From assembly GCF_009914755.1 (NCBI RefSeq), contig NC_060925.1: a DNA stretch of 64,000 nucleotides, one strand, 5' to 3'. Source of the DNA: the human T2T-CHM13v2.0 reference genome, Homo sapiens. Made by a program: the position numbers and the translations under genes. Shown here in pieces: positions 16,845-36,857 of this stretch. The notes beneath the pieces are model-generated. The model worked only from the letters and a program-made list of their open reading frames with translations. It did no database searches and had not been told where the DNA came from. How positions within the stretch are numbered: the first letter of the stretch is position 1; each line of letters begins with the position of its first letter.

Positions 16845-17475
16845 CCATTGTGAATATGAGAATGCACAATTGAGATTATCTGGTTTGAGGAACAGAAAGA
16901 AAGAAGAATGAACAAAAATAAATAGAGTTTCAGAGACCTGTGGAACACCATCAAGAAGATCAACGTATGCATAATGGCAATTCTAGAAGAAGTGAAATAA
17001 AATATTCAAGTATTCTTTCCAGGCAAGAAAAAATATTTGAAGAAATAATAGCTGAAAACTTTCCAAATGTTATTAAAAAACATTAAAAACATATCTACAT
17101 ATTGAAGTAGCTATATGGACTCCAAGTAGAATAAATTCAAAGAGATCCACACCTAGACACATCATAATCAAACTATTGAAAGACAAATAGAGAATACTGA
17201 AAACAGCCAAGGAGATGCAACTTATCATGTAAAAGGTATCCTCAATAAAATTAATTGCTGATTCCTTATAAGAAACCATGGAAGTGAGAAGACATGGGGT
17301 GACATATTTAAAGTGCTAAAATAAAAAGACTGTCTGACAAGAATTCTATATCCGGCAAAACCATCTTTCAAAACTGAAGGAGAACTTGTCATTCCCAAAT
17401 AAACAAAAATTGAGAAAATTCATGGCTAGCAGACCTGCACTACAAGAAATATTTAGGGGAATCTTTGAGGTCAAA
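16845..17475 (+). mobile_element. L1M ORF1 fragment
   Basis: cagagacctgtggaacaccatcaag; tccacacctagacacatcataatc; agaattctatatccggcaaaac; ORF with SRPALQEI. Confidence 0.8.
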
Positions 17476-17612
17476 AACTACACTCTGATACCATTTCTCA
17501 CCTGTCTAATTGACCAAACATCACAAGCTTTTCAACACAATGTGTTAGAGAGGCTATCAGGAAACAAGCGCTCTCATATTTTGTTGATGGGAATGCAAAA
17601 TGGTATCTTCCC

Positions 17613-17904
17613 AGCCGGGTGTGATGGGTGACGTCTGTAATCCCAGCACTTTGGGAGGCAGAGGTGTGCAGATAACTTGAGGTCAGGAGTTCGAGACCAG
17701 CCTGGGCAACATGGAGAAGCCCTGTTTCTACTAAAAATACAAAAACTTAGCTGGGCATGATAGCACACGCCTGTAGTCCCAGCTACTTGGGAGGCTAAGG
17801 CAGGAAAATCGCTTGAACCTGGGAGGCGGACGTTGCAGTGAGCTGAGATCACACCACTGCATTACAGCCTGGGGGACAATGTGAGACTCCATCTAAAAAA
17901 AAAA
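17613..17904 (+). mobile_element. AluS
   Basis: Full Alu. Confidence 0.93.
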
Positions 17905-18408
17905 TAGTACCTTCCCTATAGAGGATAATATGGCAATATCTAACAAGTTAAGAATACATTTATCCTTTGAGTAGCAATTCCATGTCTAGGAATTTGCCCT
18001 AATGACACATCTCCAACAATACAAAAATACATATGTACAAGGTTATATGTTGCTCCCTTATTTATAATTACAGAATACTGAAACAAACCTACATACTCAT
18101 ACATAGGAGATTAGTTGAATAAATTGTGGTACATCCACGCAACAGAGTATGTAGTTGTAAAAGCGAATAAAGATCTGTATGAACCAAAATGGAGGGGTTT
18201 CCAGGATATAGTGTAATGTGGAAAAAAATAAACTGTAAGAAGAGTAAATATGTTACCTTTTGTGTAAGAAAGAAGTATAAATAAGAGAATATACTCATAT
18301 CTCCTTATTTTTACAAAAAAGAGAAGCATATGACAAACAAACAAATAACTGACATAATTGACTACCTAGGATTGGTGGGAGAAAATAAGGTGAAAGGGTT
18401 AGGTAGGG

Positions 18409-18915
18409 TATGGTAGACAGCCTTCATGATGGCCCCCAGTGATGTCCACCTCCTGGTATTCATGCTCTTTTGCAGTCTTCTCTCACTCTGAATCAGGGCT
18501 GGTATGTTCCACCACTAGAATATGATGGAGCTAACAATATGTGTAATTTCCAAGGCTAGGTGATACGAGGCATTGCAGCTTCTCTTTTGGTCTCAGATTT
18601 ACTTTGGTCTTTTTCTCTTGGGGAAGCCAGCCACTATGTTGTGAAAACACTCAAGCAGCCCCAGGGAAAGGCCTACGTAGAGAGAAACCAATGAGCACCA
18701 AGCTGCCATGTGAGTGAATAAGATACTTTACAAGCAGATCTTCCAGCCCCAGTCAAGTCTTAAGATGGCTGCAACCCTAACCAATATCTGACTACAACTT
18801 CATAAGAAATCTCAAGCCACAACAAGCTGCTCCCAAATTCTTGGTCCACTGAAAGTGTGAGAGACAGTGAATGATTATTGTTTTAACCCAGTCAGTTTTG
18901 GACAGCAATAGATAA
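18409..18915 (+). mobile_element. MLT1 (MLT1F-like) MaLR LTR
   Basis: gatggcccccagtgatgtccacctcctggtattcatgc ... cagcaatagataa. Confidence 0.8.
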
Positions 18916-19699
18916 GGAAATAACACTTCTTTGAGTATACCTTTTAATACATTTTTGACTTTTGGAATCGTGTTAATATTTTGTACTTCAAGAGATAAAA
19001 TAAAATCAAGAAAAATAGGAATAAACCCCCAGAATTGAATGCAAGCAAAAAAAACCAAGCGAACTATATTCCAAATGGATAACATAACTACTCTAAAGAG
19101 AAAAAAATAATCTAGGTAACTTTTGAACCCAGTTCTTTGACTATATGACTGCAGTCTAAAAACAAAGAGAACTCTCAAAAAAATTTAATCTCTTTTGGCA
19201 GGTTTGTTGGGTTATTTTTCTACTGTTATGGGTATAATAATTCTTAACTACTTTATGTGTATTGCTGGATTGAGTAAATGAGTAAATACATTGATGCTAT
19301 GATGCTGTGGGTAGTCAGGGTTCTGATTGTGGGAACATATATGTGTATATACTTGGTTGAACAATATGAAATTACCATTTCCTTCAGCTCTGTTCCTACA
19401 AGGGCCTAATAGCAGTGATACTCCAGTAGCAATAAAAATGGTAGAGCCCAGGGCTGAGGCTGGAAAGTAAAAGCCGAGTATGGAGCATCTTGATATGTCA
19501 GAGTAAGAAAGTGCTAAAAAAAAGGATGCGTACGTGCCAAAAAAAAAAACACAAAGCCAAATTGAAGGGGCTCCCACAGGCCAAATCAGAGACAATTTGA
19601 ACATCAAAATGAATAAGGATAACAATGGATTATAACCTATAGGAAAAAGTAAATATAAAAATAATTAATACAAATGTTCTTATTATTAATAAATAATAA

Positions 19700-19998
<299 letters not shown>

Positions 19999-20045
19999 TA
20001 TTATTTTATGATAACAAATAAGACAGAAGGGAAAGCCCTTCCCTA

Positions 20046-20397
<352 letters not shown>

Positions 20398-20445
20398 TCA
20401 CTTTTTTGCAAGAATTATAGTAATAACTGGTTCAGGCAAGAATCA

Positions 20446-20838
<393 letters not shown>

Positions 20839-20933
20839 GATTGAAGAGAAACAATATATTTACATAGTCTCCAACTATGTCCTTACAAATTACTTACAGA
20901 TTATGGGGCAAACTGACATGATCACTTATGTAT

Positions 20934-21309
20934 TGTATTAGTTCATTCTCACACTGTTATAAAGAACTATCTGAGACTGGGTAATTTACAAAGAAAAGGG
21001 TTTAATTGACTCGTAGTTCCACAGGCTGTACAAAAAGCATGGCTCTGGAAGTCTCAGGAAACTTACAATCATGATGGAAGGGAAGCAAGCCCATCTTCAC
21101 GTGGCGGCAGGAGAGAGCTAGTGAAGCAGGAAGTGCTACACATTTTTAAACAACCAGATCTCATGAGAACTCATTCACTATCACAAGAACAGCAAGGGGG
21201 AAATCCACCCCCATGATCCAATCACCTTCTTTCCAGGTCCACCCCCTCAACATTGGAAATTACAATTTGACATGAGATTTGGGTAGGGACACAGAGCCAA
21301 ACCATATCA
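20934..21309 (-). mobile_element. THE1D/MSTA-type solo LTR
   Basis: tgtattag...agccaaaccatatca termini; 5-bp TSD tgtat/tgtag. Confidence 0.9.
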
Positions 21310-21915
21310 TGTAGTATTTGGCCAAAAATGTATAACATGAATCTAATCATGAGGAAACATCAGACAAATCAAAATTGAGGGATATTTTGCAAGACAACTG
21401 GGCTGTATGCTTTAAAAATATCAGTATCATGAAAGACAAAGAAAGGATGAAAATCATTCCAGATTAAAAGGAGATGAAAGAGCTGTAGCAACAAAATGCA
21501 AGGTGTAAGCCTAGATTAAATTGTGAATCAAGGGAAAAAAATGCCATAAGAAACATTACTAGAAAATTGGCAAAAATTGAACATGGACTGTATATTAGAT
21601 AATACTAATGTATTGATGTTAAATCTCCTAAATTTGCTGATTGTATTGTGAATATAGAAGCATGAGTTTTCTTATTCTTAGGAAATATACACAGAAGTAT
21701 TTTGGAACATTATAACTCTCAATCTCAAGTGACTCAGGAAATTCTATCCGTACATGCACAAATATACTTATATATCCTAAATATGTATGTATGTGTGTGC
21801 ATGTAGGGAGAGAGAGAAAGTGAAAGGGAGAAAGATGATTTTTTTTTAAGTAGCAGAACATTTACAAGTAGGGAATTTGAGTGAGGGGTACACAAGACTT
21901 TGTAGCATTCTTGTT

Positions 21916-22223
21916 ATTTTTTGTTTTGTTTTGTTGTTTTGGTTTAGAGAAAGGGTCTCACTTTGTTGTCCAGGCTGGAATGCAGTGGCAATCATGACAG
22001 CCTTGAACTCTAGGGCTTAAGCGATCTTCCTGCCTCAGCCTTCAAAGAGCTGGGACTACAGGTGTGAGCTACCATGCTAGGCTAATTAAAAAATTTTTTT
22101 TTTGTAGAGACGGGGGTCTCACTATGTTGCCTAGGCTGGTCTCGAGCTCCTGGCCTCATGTGATCCTCCTGCCTCAGCCTCCCAAAGTTCTAGGATTACA
22201 GGCATGAGCCACTGCACCTGGCC
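21916..22223 (-). mobile_element. AluJ-like
   Basis: Antisense Alu. Confidence 0.92.
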
Positions 22224-22530
22224 CAGACATTTATCTTCTCACAGTACTGAAGGCTGAGAGTCTGACATCAGTGTGCCAGCACAGTCAGTTTCTGGTAAGG
22301 GATCTCCTCCTGGCAAGCAGATGGCTATCTTCTGGCTATGTTCTCCATGGTGGAGAGAGAGAAAGCAAGCTCTCTGGTGTCTCTTCCTATAAAGGCACTA
22401 ATTCCATCATGAGAACTCCACTCTCAAGAACTGATTAAATTTACCTCCCAAAAGTCTCATCTCCAAATATCACATCGAGGGTTAGGACTTCAACAAATGA
22501 ATCTAGGAGGGATTCAGTTCAGTCTGTAGC
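22224..22530 (-). mobile_element. MLT1A-like LTR fragment
   Basis: acatttatcttctcacagtactgaaggctg...ctcttcctataaaggcactaattccatcatgag...gggttaggacttcaac. Confidence 0.75.
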
Positions 22531-23138
22531 TAGCAAAGACCTTGCCAATAACTAGGTTTAACATAAACTAGTTAATGGGATGCCATTTGAATATTATTTT
22601 AAATCTTGGCATTAAAAATTGAGGAGATCATTAAAAACATACCCATTAATCTATGAAGTATAAAAGGTCCAATTTATGTTTGTGTTTGCAACTTGCATAT
22701 CATTTTATTACTTAATATTCCATATGAGGAAATATATGTTTACAAATAATAAAAAATTTTGGTAATGAAATGCAGTAATTTGAACATCTGAAATGCATAA
22801 GTGAGTATTATTATAATAAGAGCATAAAAATTGATGGTAATTTTGTCATATACAATGATGCGTCAAACACTTCTACGTTTTAATTCTTAAATTCCCATGT
22901 TAACATGTTAACCATGGCACCATCTTGTGGATATTTATTAAATAGTCGGGCTATACAAATATTTATTTGGAAATGTTGTAAATGAAAGTTATTTACAAAA
23001 AAAAGAACATTAAAGAATGTTTAAGTTAATAAAATGAAATGCTTGTAAGTAATTATCCTCACTTTCAAAGTGCTTCAACTATATAAATAAACGATTGAAA
23101 TAGTTCTAGCATGGTTAAATTGTTTATATGAAATTTCA

Positions 23139-23301
23139 GGCTGTGTGCCATGGCTCACGCCTGTAATCCCAGTGCTTTGGGAGACCAAGGCTGGAGGATT
23201 GCTTGAGCCCAGGAGTTCGAGGCTACAGTGAGCCATGATCATGCCACTGCACTCCAGCCTGGGCAACAGAGCAAAACCCTGTCTCAGGAAAAAAAAAAAA
23301 A
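23139..23301 (+). mobile_element. Alu monomer (FRAM/FAM-like)
   Basis: Single-arm Alu with A tail. Confidence 0.9.
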
Positions 23302-23399
23302 TTAAAACTGGCCAGTGGTGCTTAACACATCAAGTGGATATTTTAGTTTGATATATTTTCGTGTGTATAGTGTATGTATATGTGTGTTTACATATATAA

Positions 23400-23753
<354 letters not shown>

Positions 23754-23987
23754 TAACTTTAGGATCTGTAAAAAATGGGCATATACAAAGTAGTTTTTTT
23801 TAATGGAAAAAAGAAACTTTAAATCTCAGTTTAATCAACGACTGGTTATGAACCACTTTTCAAAAATCAAATCATGGGTGCAATTAATATAATTTTTCAA
23901 GAAGATTATAGAATACTTTTTTTTGTAACACTTTCATTAAAAGGCTTCGGTATTTAGAGTTTACAATTACATTTAAAACTTTTCAGT

Positions 23988-24310
<323 letters not shown>

Positions 24311-24364
24311 TTAAAAAGGAAAAAACTTTTCATTACTATATTTACACAAAGGAGAAAGGAGAAA

Positions 24365-24860
<496 letters not shown>

Positions 24861-24979
24861 CCAAATTCGTGTCACAACACAATCCTGGTTCTTGGAATTT
24901 CAGACTATATAAGAGATTTTAATATGGAAATTTAATTTAAAGATCTATGTACCCAAAATCCTACAGACATTTCAAATTA

Positions 24980-26432
<1,453 letters not shown>

Positions 26433-26549
26433 TCTTCTAATAATGCAACATAATAAAACTATGGGAAAGCTGATTATATTATGACAACATTCTAGATAAC
26501 TATAAACAAGAATAGAAAATAAATGGGAGGTAAATTGCCTTAATGATTA

Positions 26550-26995
26550 TGTGAAAGCTGTCAGAATCAAAATTTCGTTTGTGTTAAAAACTCTGACAAC
26601 TAGAACTGGGGAAGGTCATGAAGGGAGAGTTCTCATATGAATGCCTGGTAATAAGAGCTATCATAAAAGACTGTAGAAACCACAACCTTGCACAAATGCC
26701 ATCAGAACCTTACAAAAACCAAAAAACTTCTATGAGAATATCTGCCCAGCATGCCCAGCAACTGCCTGTCCAGCCTTGGACAGGAGCCACCCTTGTGAAT
26801 GATACTTATAGTCAAGGATAATTATCTCAAAAACTATGATGTAATCCTCCTCATTTTTCCTTCAAAAACGTTTGTCTTCCTTTACCTCCCTGAATACACA
26901 CATAATTTACTATGGCATGTAATTCCCATTGCAATGTCTATTCCTGAATAAATATTTTAGAGAGTCTCCCTCATTGTTTGTTATTTAGGTTGACA
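26550..26995 (+). mobile_element. MER65-like ERV1 solo LTR
   Basis: tgtgaaagctgtcagaatcaaaat ... aataaa ... tatttaggttgaca; TG..CA ends; 4-bp TSD atta/gtta. Confidence 0.8.
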
Positions 26996-27329
26996 GTTAA
27001 TATCCTTTTAATCATTATTTTGTTAAAAAATTGTACCTTAAAACTCTTTACAGAAAGTGTTTAAGATACATATTTTCTGAAATTCATCTATTATAAAGTG
27101 AAATGAACTAGAGGCTTGAAATAAATTGTTCAATTTTTTTCTGTTATGTATATAGCTACATCAGTGCAGTTATCATATGTAACTAGAATCTTTGGTCCTT
27201 GCAAACTTCCCTAACTCTTTTCAGGCATACTTTTAAAAAGTAATCTAAAATTCAATGACAGAAGTGTTTTCTGGTCTACAATATTATTCAAAAAAAGGTT
27301 TTGAAACTCATTTTCTCCCTTAAAAAGTC

Positions 27330-27591
27330 TTGAGCAACAGACAGCTCACAGAAAGAACATACAAGTACCTCAAACACATTAAAAAATAATTTTCCTCCTA
27401 ATAAGAAAAATAAATTAGAATTACATTGTGATATCATTTTCCCCACTAAATTGGCAAAGGAAAAAAAGTTGAATATACTACCATGTTGGTGAGGAGGTGG
27501 AGAAATAGTAATTCCGCTACATTGTTGATATTAGCATGTAGTAGACTTCCATGAGAGCAATTTGGCAAAATCTATCAAAATTACAAATGTA
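27330..27591 (+). mobile_element. Old L1ME-like ORF2 3' fragment
   Basis: catgttggtgaggaggtggagaaatag; gagcaatttggcaaaatctatcaaaattacaaatg. Confidence 0.65.
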
Positions 27592-27925
27592 CAGGCATAC
27601 TTTGAAGATATTGCAGATTCAGTTATAGACCACCATAGTAAAGTTAATATTGCAATAAAATGAGTCACATGACTTTTTTATTTCCCAGTGCATATAAAAG
27701 TTATATTTACACTATTCTATAGTATATTAGTGTGGAACAGCATTATGTCTAAAAAATGTACATACCTTAATTTTAAAATACTTTATTGCTAAAAAAATGG
27801 TAATATTCATTTGATCCTTTAGTGAGTCATAATCTTATTGCTGATGGAAGTTCTTGCCTCAAGGTTGAAGCTGCTGACTGATCAGCGTGGTGGTTGTTGA
27901 AGGTTGGGGTGGCTGTGGCAATTTC

Positions 27926-29930
<2,005 letters not shown>

Positions 29931-30679
29931 GCATCATTAGTTGGCCTAATTTCAATATTCTTGTGTCTTGGGGAATAGACCCAAGCAGGGGGAGAGAGAT
30001 GGGGGGAATGTCGGTTGGTGGGGTAGCAAAAACACACCCAATACTTATCAATTAAGTTCACTATCTCATATGGGTGCAGTTTGTGGTGCCCCAAAACAAT
30101 TACAATAATAACATGAAAGATCACTGACCACAGATCGCCATAATAGATATAATAATAACAAAAAATTTTAAATATCAAAAGAATAACCAAAATGTGACAA
30201 AGACCCAAAAGTGAGCACATGCTCTTGGAAAAGTGACACCGATAGACTTGGTCAGTGCAGGGTTGCCACAAACCTTCAATTAATAAAAAATGCAGGATCT
30301 GTGAAGCACAAAAAAGCAAACTACAGTAAAATTAAGTATGCTCGTATCAGTTTTCCCCACATCACTTATGTAAGGGGCTATCCTTTCCCCATTGTGTGTT
30401 CTTGGCACCTCTGTCAAAGATCAGTTGACTGGGTTCTCTATTTTGTTCCATTCGTCTATATGTCTGTTTTTATGTCAGCAACATGCTGCTTTGATTAATG
30501 TCACTTTGTAATATATTTTGAAGTCAGGAAGTGTGATGCCTCTAGCTTCATTTTTCTTGCTCAAGATTGACTTGGCTATGTGGGGTCTATTGTGGTTCCA
30601 TATAAATTTTAGCATAATTTTTTCTATTTCTATAAAGAATGCCAGTGGGATTTTGATAGAGATTGTACTGAATCTGTAG

Positions 30680-31102
<423 letters not shown>

Positions 31103-32147
31103 TAATTTTCAGCATGCAAGTGTTTCTGTTTTGGTTAAGTTTGTAGCTATTGTAAATGGGATTGTTTTTTAAATTTCCTTTTCAGGTAGTTTTGCTGTTT
31201 GTGTGTTTTAGTATGTTGGTTATCCTGTAACTTTACTAAATTGGTTAGTTAGTTCCAACAGATTTTTTTCCTTTAGGGTTCTGTACATATTTGATTGTGT
31301 CATCTGCAAACAGAGATAATTTTACTTATTCTTTTACAATTTGGATGTTATTTTGGTCTAATTATTCTGGCAAGAACTTCCAGTAATATGTTGAACAGAA
31401 GTGTCAAGCATGAACATCCTTGCCTTGTATTGGATCTTGGGGGAAGCTTTCGACCTGTCCCCCAAGGTTTGATTGTGGTGTTAGGTTTGGGCTTTTCATA
31501 TATGATCTTTGTTGTTTTGAGGTAAGTTCCTGCTATATTTATTTTGTTGTAGCTTTAATCATGAATGGATGGCAAATTTTGTCAAATGTTTTTTTCTGCA
31601 TCTATTGAGAAGATCATGTGGTTTTTTCTTTCATTTTGTTAATGTGCTGTATCTCATTGGTTGATTTGCATATAGTGAACCATCCTTAACTCCCAAGGAT
31701 AAACTCAAGTTGGTCATAGTATATGATCCCTTTAATGAGCAACTGAATTCAGTTTGCTAGCATTTCATTGAGGACTTTTGCATGTATATTCATTGGGACT
31801 ATTGCTCTTTAGTTTTCTTTCTTTCTTTTTCTTTTGTATAGTGTTTTTGTCTGGTTTTGGTGTCAGGATGATGCTGGCCTCATAGAATGAATTTGGAAGT
31901 ATTCCTTATCTTTTTGGGAAGAGTTTAAGGAGAAAGGGTATTAATTATTTTACAAATGTTTCATACAATTCACCCAGGAGGCCATCTGATTCTGGGCTTT
32001 TCTTTGCTGGAAGGCTTTGATTATTGATTCAATGTTCTTACTTGTTATTGGTTTCTTCAGGCTTTCTATATTTTCTTAATTCAGGGTATATGGTTCTAAT
32101 CTTCTAAGTTATAGTTTATTGGCATATAATTAAATTGTTCATAATAG

Positions 32148-32544
<397 letters not shown>

Positions 32545-32643
32545 TAGCAAAGACTGAGATTTTTTGTTGATTTTTTGTTTTCAAAAAACCAACTCTTAGT
32601 CTTATGGAATCTTTTCTCTTGCTTATAAAATTCTCTATTTGAG

Positions 32644-32906
<263 letters not shown>

Positions 32907-33017
32907 ATATATTCTCTATTTCTTCTTTGATCTTTATTAATTCCTTTATTCCACTAATTTGGGGCTTAGTTTGCTCTTTTTCTAGTTCTTTGAGGTGTAA
33001 TATCTTATTTGAGATCT

Positions 33018-33462
<445 letters not shown>

Positions 33463-33531
33463 TTATCACTATATACTTCCCTTTTAGTACTGCTTTTGCT
33501 GCACCCTATAAATTTTGGTATGTTCTACTGT

Positions 33532-33701
33532 TTTTCTCTTTTTTTTCCCTTTCTTTCTCTCTTTCTTTTCTTTCTTTCTTTTTTTTTTTTTTTTTTTTTT
33601 TTCTTTGCCCAGGCTAGCCTCAAACTCTTGGTCTCAAGCAATTTTCCCATCTTGGCCTCCCAAAGCAGTGGGATTATAGATGTGAGCCATCATTTCTAGC
33701 C
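33532..33701 (-). mobile_element. Alu left-arm fragment
   Basis: gcccaggctagcctcaaactc...gtgagccatc. Confidence 0.85.
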
Positions 33702-34729
33702 TCAAGATACTCTTAAAATTACCCGTTGATTTCCTCTTTGACCCAAGAGTTGTTCAAGAGTTTGTTGTTGAGTTTCTATGTGTTTGTGATTTTTCCTATT
33801 TTCTTAAGATTATTGATTTCTACTTTCATCCCTTGTGGTCCAGAAAGATACTTGGAATAATTCCAATCTTCTTAAATTAGGTCACTTGTTTTGTAATCTA
33901 ACATATGATCTATCCTGGAGAATGTTCCATGTATGCTTGAGAAAAGTGGATAATCTTCTGTTGTTGGGTGCAAATTTCTTTATATATCTGTTAGGATCAT
34001 TTGTTTTATAGTGTTTTCTGTTTCTTTTTTGATATTCTGTACATTATTATAAGTGGAGTATTGAAATCCTCTACTATTATCATGTTACTGTCAAATTCTG
34101 CCTTCAGATCTGTCAACATTTGCTTTATATATTTAGATGCTCTTTGTTCAGTATATACATATTTATAATTGTTACATAATCATGTTGAAATGATCTTTTT
34201 ATAATTATATCAAGACTTTGTCTCTGCAGGCAGCTTTAAACTAAAATCTGTTTTGTCTAACATAAGTATAGTTACCCTGCGTATCCTTGGTTACCATTTG
34301 CGTGAGAAATCTTTTCTCATCTCTTCACTTTTAGTCTATATGTGTCTTTAACTCTAAAATCAGTCTCTTATAAACAACATACCATTGGATCCTGTTCTTT
34401 CAAATTACACAGCCACTCTATGCCTTTTAATTGGTGAGTTTAATCCATTTACATTTAAAGTAATTAGTGATAGCTGAGGACTACTATTGCCATTCTGTTA
34501 ACTGGTTTGTGTCTTTTGCAGTTATATTGCCCCTCTCTTCCTCTCTTATTATATTCGTTTGTTATTTGATGTTTTATAGTGATTGCTTTGATTCTCATCT
34601 CTTTATGTTTTCTGTATCTGTTACAGATTTTATTCTTTGTGGTTAACTTGAGGCTTATGAAAAATATCTTGTATTTCTAACCATCTATTTTTAAGTTTAT
34701 AACTATTTCAATCACATCCAAAACCTTTA

Positions 34730-34879
<150 letters not shown>

Positions 34880-35521
34880 TTACATTTTTACTCCCCACCC
34901 CTACACTTTGTGTTCTTGTAGTCAGTTTGTTGCCTTTTATATTGTGTATCCTTTGACAAATTTTTATCTTTTAATTTTTATATTAGGGTTAAAAGTAAGT
35001 TAGGCCCCACCATTATAGTTTTATATTAACTATATTTGTCCATATATTTTCCTTTACTCATAATATTTATGCTTTTATATGTTTTCATTATACTATTTAG
35101 TGTGTTTTCATTTCAATTTGAAGAAATAACTCTTTTAAACATTTCTTTTACGGCTGGGCTAGTAGTGACAGACTCCCTTTGTTTTTGTTTGTCTAAGGAA
35201 GAATTCATCTCCCCTTCATTTTTAAAGGATAATCTTGCCAGATGTAGATTCACGGTAAGTAGTTTTTTTTTTCCAGTTCTTTCAATATATCATCCCATTC
35301 TCTTCGGCATGCAAGGTTTCTGATGAGAAAGCCACTGATAGTCTTATGGTGATTCCCTATATGTGATGCATTACTTTTCTCTTGCAGCTTTAAAATTCTT
35401 TCAGTGTCCTTTATTTTAGACAATTTGATTAAAATGTACCTTGGTATAGTCTTGAATTGATCCTCTTTGAAAACCTGTAAGCTTCATGAATCTGGATATC
35501 CATTTCCCTCTCAAAATTTGA

Positions 35522-35916
<395 letters not shown>

Positions 35917-36103
35917 TAGTACTCTCATTATGCACATATTGGTTTGCTTGATGGTGTCCCATAAGTCCTATAAATTTTCTTCACTCTTTTTCATTCTTTT
36001 TTCTCCTCTGACTGGATAATTTCAAATAACCTGTCTTCAAGGGCACAAATTCTTTCTTCTGCTCAATAAAGTCTATTTTTGAAGTTCTCTATTGTGTTTT
36101 TAA

Positions 36104-36454
<351 letters not shown>

Positions 36455-36523
36455 GGTTCTTTTTTATAAGTTCTACCTTCCTGTTGAACTTCTTGTATTG
36501 TTCATGTATTCTTTCTCTGTTTT

Positions 36524-36564
36524 CAGATGAAATCAGACATGTTCGAGGTGGTATGGCCGTAGAC
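36524..36564 (-). pseudogene. 5S rRNA retrocopy, 5' 41 nt only
   Basis: Reverse complement gtctacggccataccacctcgaacatgtctgatttcatctg matches the 5S rRNA 5' end (GTCTACGGCCATACCACCCTGAACGCGCCCGATCTCGTCTG); TSD tcttt(c/t)tctgttttca. Confidence 0.92.
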
Positions 36565-36857
36565 TCTTTTTCTGTTTTCACTGAGTTGTCCAACTGTGTT
36601 CTCCTATTGCATGCTGAACTTCTTTAAAAACAATTATTTCTAATTGTTTGGAAGGCAATTTATAGATATCCATTTCTTTGGGGTTGGTTATTGGAAAATT
36701 ATTGTGTTCCTTTGGTGGTGTCCTGTTTCTTTGATTTCGTGTGTGCGTATTTCTTGTAGCCTTGGGCTGTTTCTTTGCATATTTCATGGAGGAGTAACTT
36801 CTAGAGCATATGAACTGGCTTCATGGAGGAAGACTGTCACCTACAGGTTGGTGCAAG

